Positions 60,901 to 64,000 of a DNA stretch of 64,000 nt are shown here, piece after piece. Origin of the DNA: Takakia lepidozioides (lineage: Eukaryota > Plantae > Bryophyta); assembly GCA_030704615.1 (NCBI GenBank), contig CM060732.1:1922001-1986000 (forward strand). Direction: 5' to 3'. Numbering within the stretch: position 1 is the stretch's first letter; every line of letters starts with the position of its first letter. A program made the position numbers and the translations under genes. A model generated the notes under the pieces. That model did not search any database, had not been told where the DNA came from, and was given only the letters and a program-made list of their open reading frames with translations.

Positions 60901-62301
60901 GAAAACAAACACTCGTCACTTGGCAAATTAGCACATTCGGATCATATTATCTATTTTGTTAGCCCGAAAAATGGTAAGAAAAACTGAAACCGTGCCTATA
61001 TGAAATGTGGATCCACTTTCCGCCACTATATGGACACGACAAACAGGCGGGGTCCGAGGAGGGACGCGGAGCCAACATCCTATGGAATGACTACCAAAAA
61101 TTCGTGGGCCACCGCTGTGTTGAGCGTGGGATAAACCTAACACATCCAAACACATGTTTCATTGCATGCATACTTTCCTTCACAAAAATGTGGGGAAGAT
61201 TGCTAGCCTACTTTTGAGCAAGTCAAAGTGATGTATGGAGGCAGCTTGCTTGCTCTAATTAAAGAAAAAACAAATAATTCAAAAGTGATCGGCGGGGTTG
61301 CCCGCATGCAATCCATTTCCTTCTGCACCGGAAATTTCCCCCTTTTCACTATATTTTTGTGTTCAATCCAACCCTCCCGGTAATGCACCAATGTAAGGAG
61401 GGTGATCCTGGTGTCCTAATTGGACATAAATTTATTGTGGGGCGTGGTTGACCGGGGTTGGAATTGCCGGAGGGCAGGTCAAACGTCCGGAGCTCCGGGC
61501 GGCATCATTCTGCTCCTAGCTCCGGATCGGATGTCGTGTTCCCGCGCGGTTTACCGCGCAGTTTGACCTCGCGAATTCTCGCCTGCGAGACCGTGCGTGG
61601 CAGGCCAGCGGGCCCACGGGGAGGCCCAAAGAAAATGTGGGCGAGAAGCGCAGCAGGGCGGGCAGGGGGCGGCATTGCTGTCGTGGGCGTGGGCAGGGCG
61701 CGGAGGCTGTGAGAGTGCTAGGGTGCCGATTACGCGGGCAGGATGGGGTGGGGAAGAGGAGAATGAGGCCCAGGGTTAGGCGCGGGGATATGATGCACAG
61801 ATGTGGTCTTGTTTGATGTGAGCAAGATGCGCTTTGCGCTCGAGAGAGCGTGCGTCTTGCTAGACTGCTGATGAAGTCTTGCATCGGAAGGGGAATTCCG
61901 GTGAGAAGGAACAAGGGTTTCTAAGCTCGGCTGAAGCCAGGCGCGGTCTGATACTAGTTCGGAGGACTGCCCCCGCGACGTCGAAGCAGCGAGGATGGAA
62001 GTAGTTTGTTGCACGTAGTCCTTCCTTGCATGTACGCGAGGCCCTACCTGGAGGAGGGCCTTTTGCAAAGTGTCTCCACAGGAACTCCGCAGGTGTTAGG
62101 AGTAGCAACCCAGGAAGGAGAGCTCCGAGTGGAACGTATTTTTTGTGGGGTTTACTCTTGCTAATTTCAGAGTAGCGGGTTTTATATCTCCTAATTTCAT
62201 AGTAGCAGGGTTGTTACATCACGTGAGTTCATAGGCGGTAGAGGAGAAAAAGCTACGCAGGAGCTTCAAAGGAAGTTCCAAGACCAGATTCACCAGGTTT
62301 C

Positions 62302-63956
62302 ATGGAACCACGCGTGGGCAACAAGTACAGGATCGGGCGGAGAATTGGAAGTGGTTCGTTTGGTGAGATCTATCTAGGTGAGTATTGCTCACTCATTATT
62401 GTCTCACCGAGGTGTTTGTGCTCTTGTATCCTGATTCCTGTGTTTGGAAAAAGGGCTGCCGCATCTGTGCAGATCTATCTACAATGATTTCATCAATTAC
62501 TGACATGCATGTAGGCGCAGGCAAGTGATTTGTGTTTCTTCGTGTATTGTGTGACATACTCGTCGGGTGTTTATGGTGTTCTATGACATTCCCTTCTGCT
62601 GTGCTGTTAACAATCAGTTACCTTTATTTATTTTGCAGGGACGAATATCCAAACCAATGAGGAAGTCGCGATTAAGCTGGCAAGTTGGCCCTTTTTGTTG
62701 GCGATTGTGGATTTGATCCTTTTTAAATTGGAATTAATACCTACAGCAAAGGGGATGTTAGGATTAAGCTGGTAGGGAATCCATCATGAAGTAGCCTTTG
62801 AAAACTACCTGTTAGAACCTGAGGGCGGTTATGGCTAAGAGTGTATAAATCCAAAATTGCCTAGAGATTTTCATCAAGTGGAGTTTGTCTAGGGGTTTTG
62901 AATTGTAATCTCAAAGAGGAATCAGCAGAGAGAATGGCGAGTGCAGGTCCATTGACTTTGAGGTCTTGGATTGGCTGTAGTTCTTTCTATACTAAGGTAG
63001 GTGTCGGAGTTGGTGCACACTAGTACAGTAATTGAAGAATTGAAATGTGCTTTCTGGGATCGGATAAAGAGTTCAAAAGTTTGGGGAGAGAAGCATGTAC
63101 AGTGGTGGTGAGCAATTCTCTTTAAGGTGGTGCACGATTTGTAGATGGTAAGTCAAAGGGCCTTGTAGAGCTTTTGTGTAAGGGGTAGCATGAACACTAC
63201 CAGATGGGCAGAGACCTGGAATTTAAGCTGAATGCAAGCTTCTGCTCTCTGTTGCGGATTCATTTTTCATTTTCTCTGAAAGCTTTTGCTCTGTGCAAAG
63301 CATCCTTTCGGTGTACGGAATGTTTGTTAGTGCCGGAGCGAGCAGTTTCCTAGATGTGATAGTTTACTAGGTGTTCTGTGAAACATTAGGTTGCAGTATC
63401 TAAACAGCTCTTTGGTCAGTTCTGAAAGAGGAAACCTGTCTTGAGTGAGGAATCATCTTTGAGAGTGATCACGTAAGTGTGAAATGTAAGGAATTTCAGG
63501 GTCATTCGGCACCACGGATGAATCTTTTTGTGGGGTAGTCGGCTTTTGAGATAGCGGATCTTTCTCAAGCTACCTGTCGTGCAATGGCTGCTTGACATCT
63601 AAAATACTGTCAATGTTTTCAGGAGAATATCAAGACGAAGCATCCGCAGTTGCTCTACGAGTCTAAGCTGTACAGGATTATTCAGGGAGGAAGTAAGCGT
63701 TTTATTTTGTGTTTAAGAATTGGAAGAGTGTTTTCATCTTGCTTTCCTCTCTTGCGTTTTGCTGTATTTGAAGACAGGATGATGACCACCTTCCTCTACC
63801 TCTACAGCTGGAATACCAAACATCAGATGGTTTGGTTTCGAAGGGGATTACAATGTTTTGGTTATGGACTTGTTGGGGCCGAGTCTTGAAGACCTGTTCA
63901 ATTTCTGCAGTCGGAAGTTTTCCTTGAAAAGTGTTCTCATGCTTGCAGATCAACTG
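62302..63956 (+). CDS. CK1: Casein kinase I, exons 1-4 (62302-62377, 62639-62679, 63623-63692, 63808-63956); gene continues beyond the window
   Basis: [85 protein letters not shown]; exons of 76, 41, 70 and 149 nt splice in frame. Confidence 0.97.
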
Positions 63957-64000
63957 GTACTTTCCTTGTGACCAGTCACCTAGGCTGGGTTGTCGTTTAT

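Noticed and set aside
61458-62108. GC-rich short ORFs upstream of CK1
   Set aside because: No recognisable domains; more likely the promoter and 5' UTR of CK1.
63018-63030. CACTAGTACAG as the partner of the CACTA end at 42714
   Set aside because: It is on the wrong side and faces away, has no subterminal repeats, and lies in a CK1 intron; probably chance.

Overview
This is eukaryotic nuclear DNA, most likely from a non-seed land plant (inferred from PLS-type PPR fragments, OSB/PDF motifs and plant-type introns). It is almost entirely a nest of transposable elements and ends in the first four exons of a casein kinase I gene (62302 onward). Contents: (i) three copies of a non-chromovirus Ty3/gypsy family on the minus strand. 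Copy A is 1-7819, 5' fragment A' is 13739-15168, and full-length copy B is 16301-39388 with LTRs, PBS, PPT and a 4/5-matching TSD. The family has an ORF upstream of gag and a variable large ORF downstream of pol. (ii) Three members of a Mutator-like (MULE) family (7820-13738, 22528-32613, remnant 59173-60900). Their layout is a ParB/Srx-fold-like gene on the minus strand, then arrays of long palindromes, then a GCM-like/DDE/SWIM transposase on the plus strand. The array periods (32, 53, 64, 85, 115-116 bp) are all close to whole helical turns. (iii) Two copies of a second Ty3/gypsy family whose integrase ends in a PHD finger; the longer copy carries a DNMT3-like C5 cytosine methyltransferase between protease and RT. 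(iv) Degenerate PPR + OSB-PDF gene fragments, two CACTA ends, and a decayed hAT holding a hAT MITE and tRNA-derived SINEs. The best candidates for new biology are the ParB-like gene/palindrome-array MULE and the DNMT+PHD retrotransposon. All family assignments come from motifs read by eye; no searches were run.
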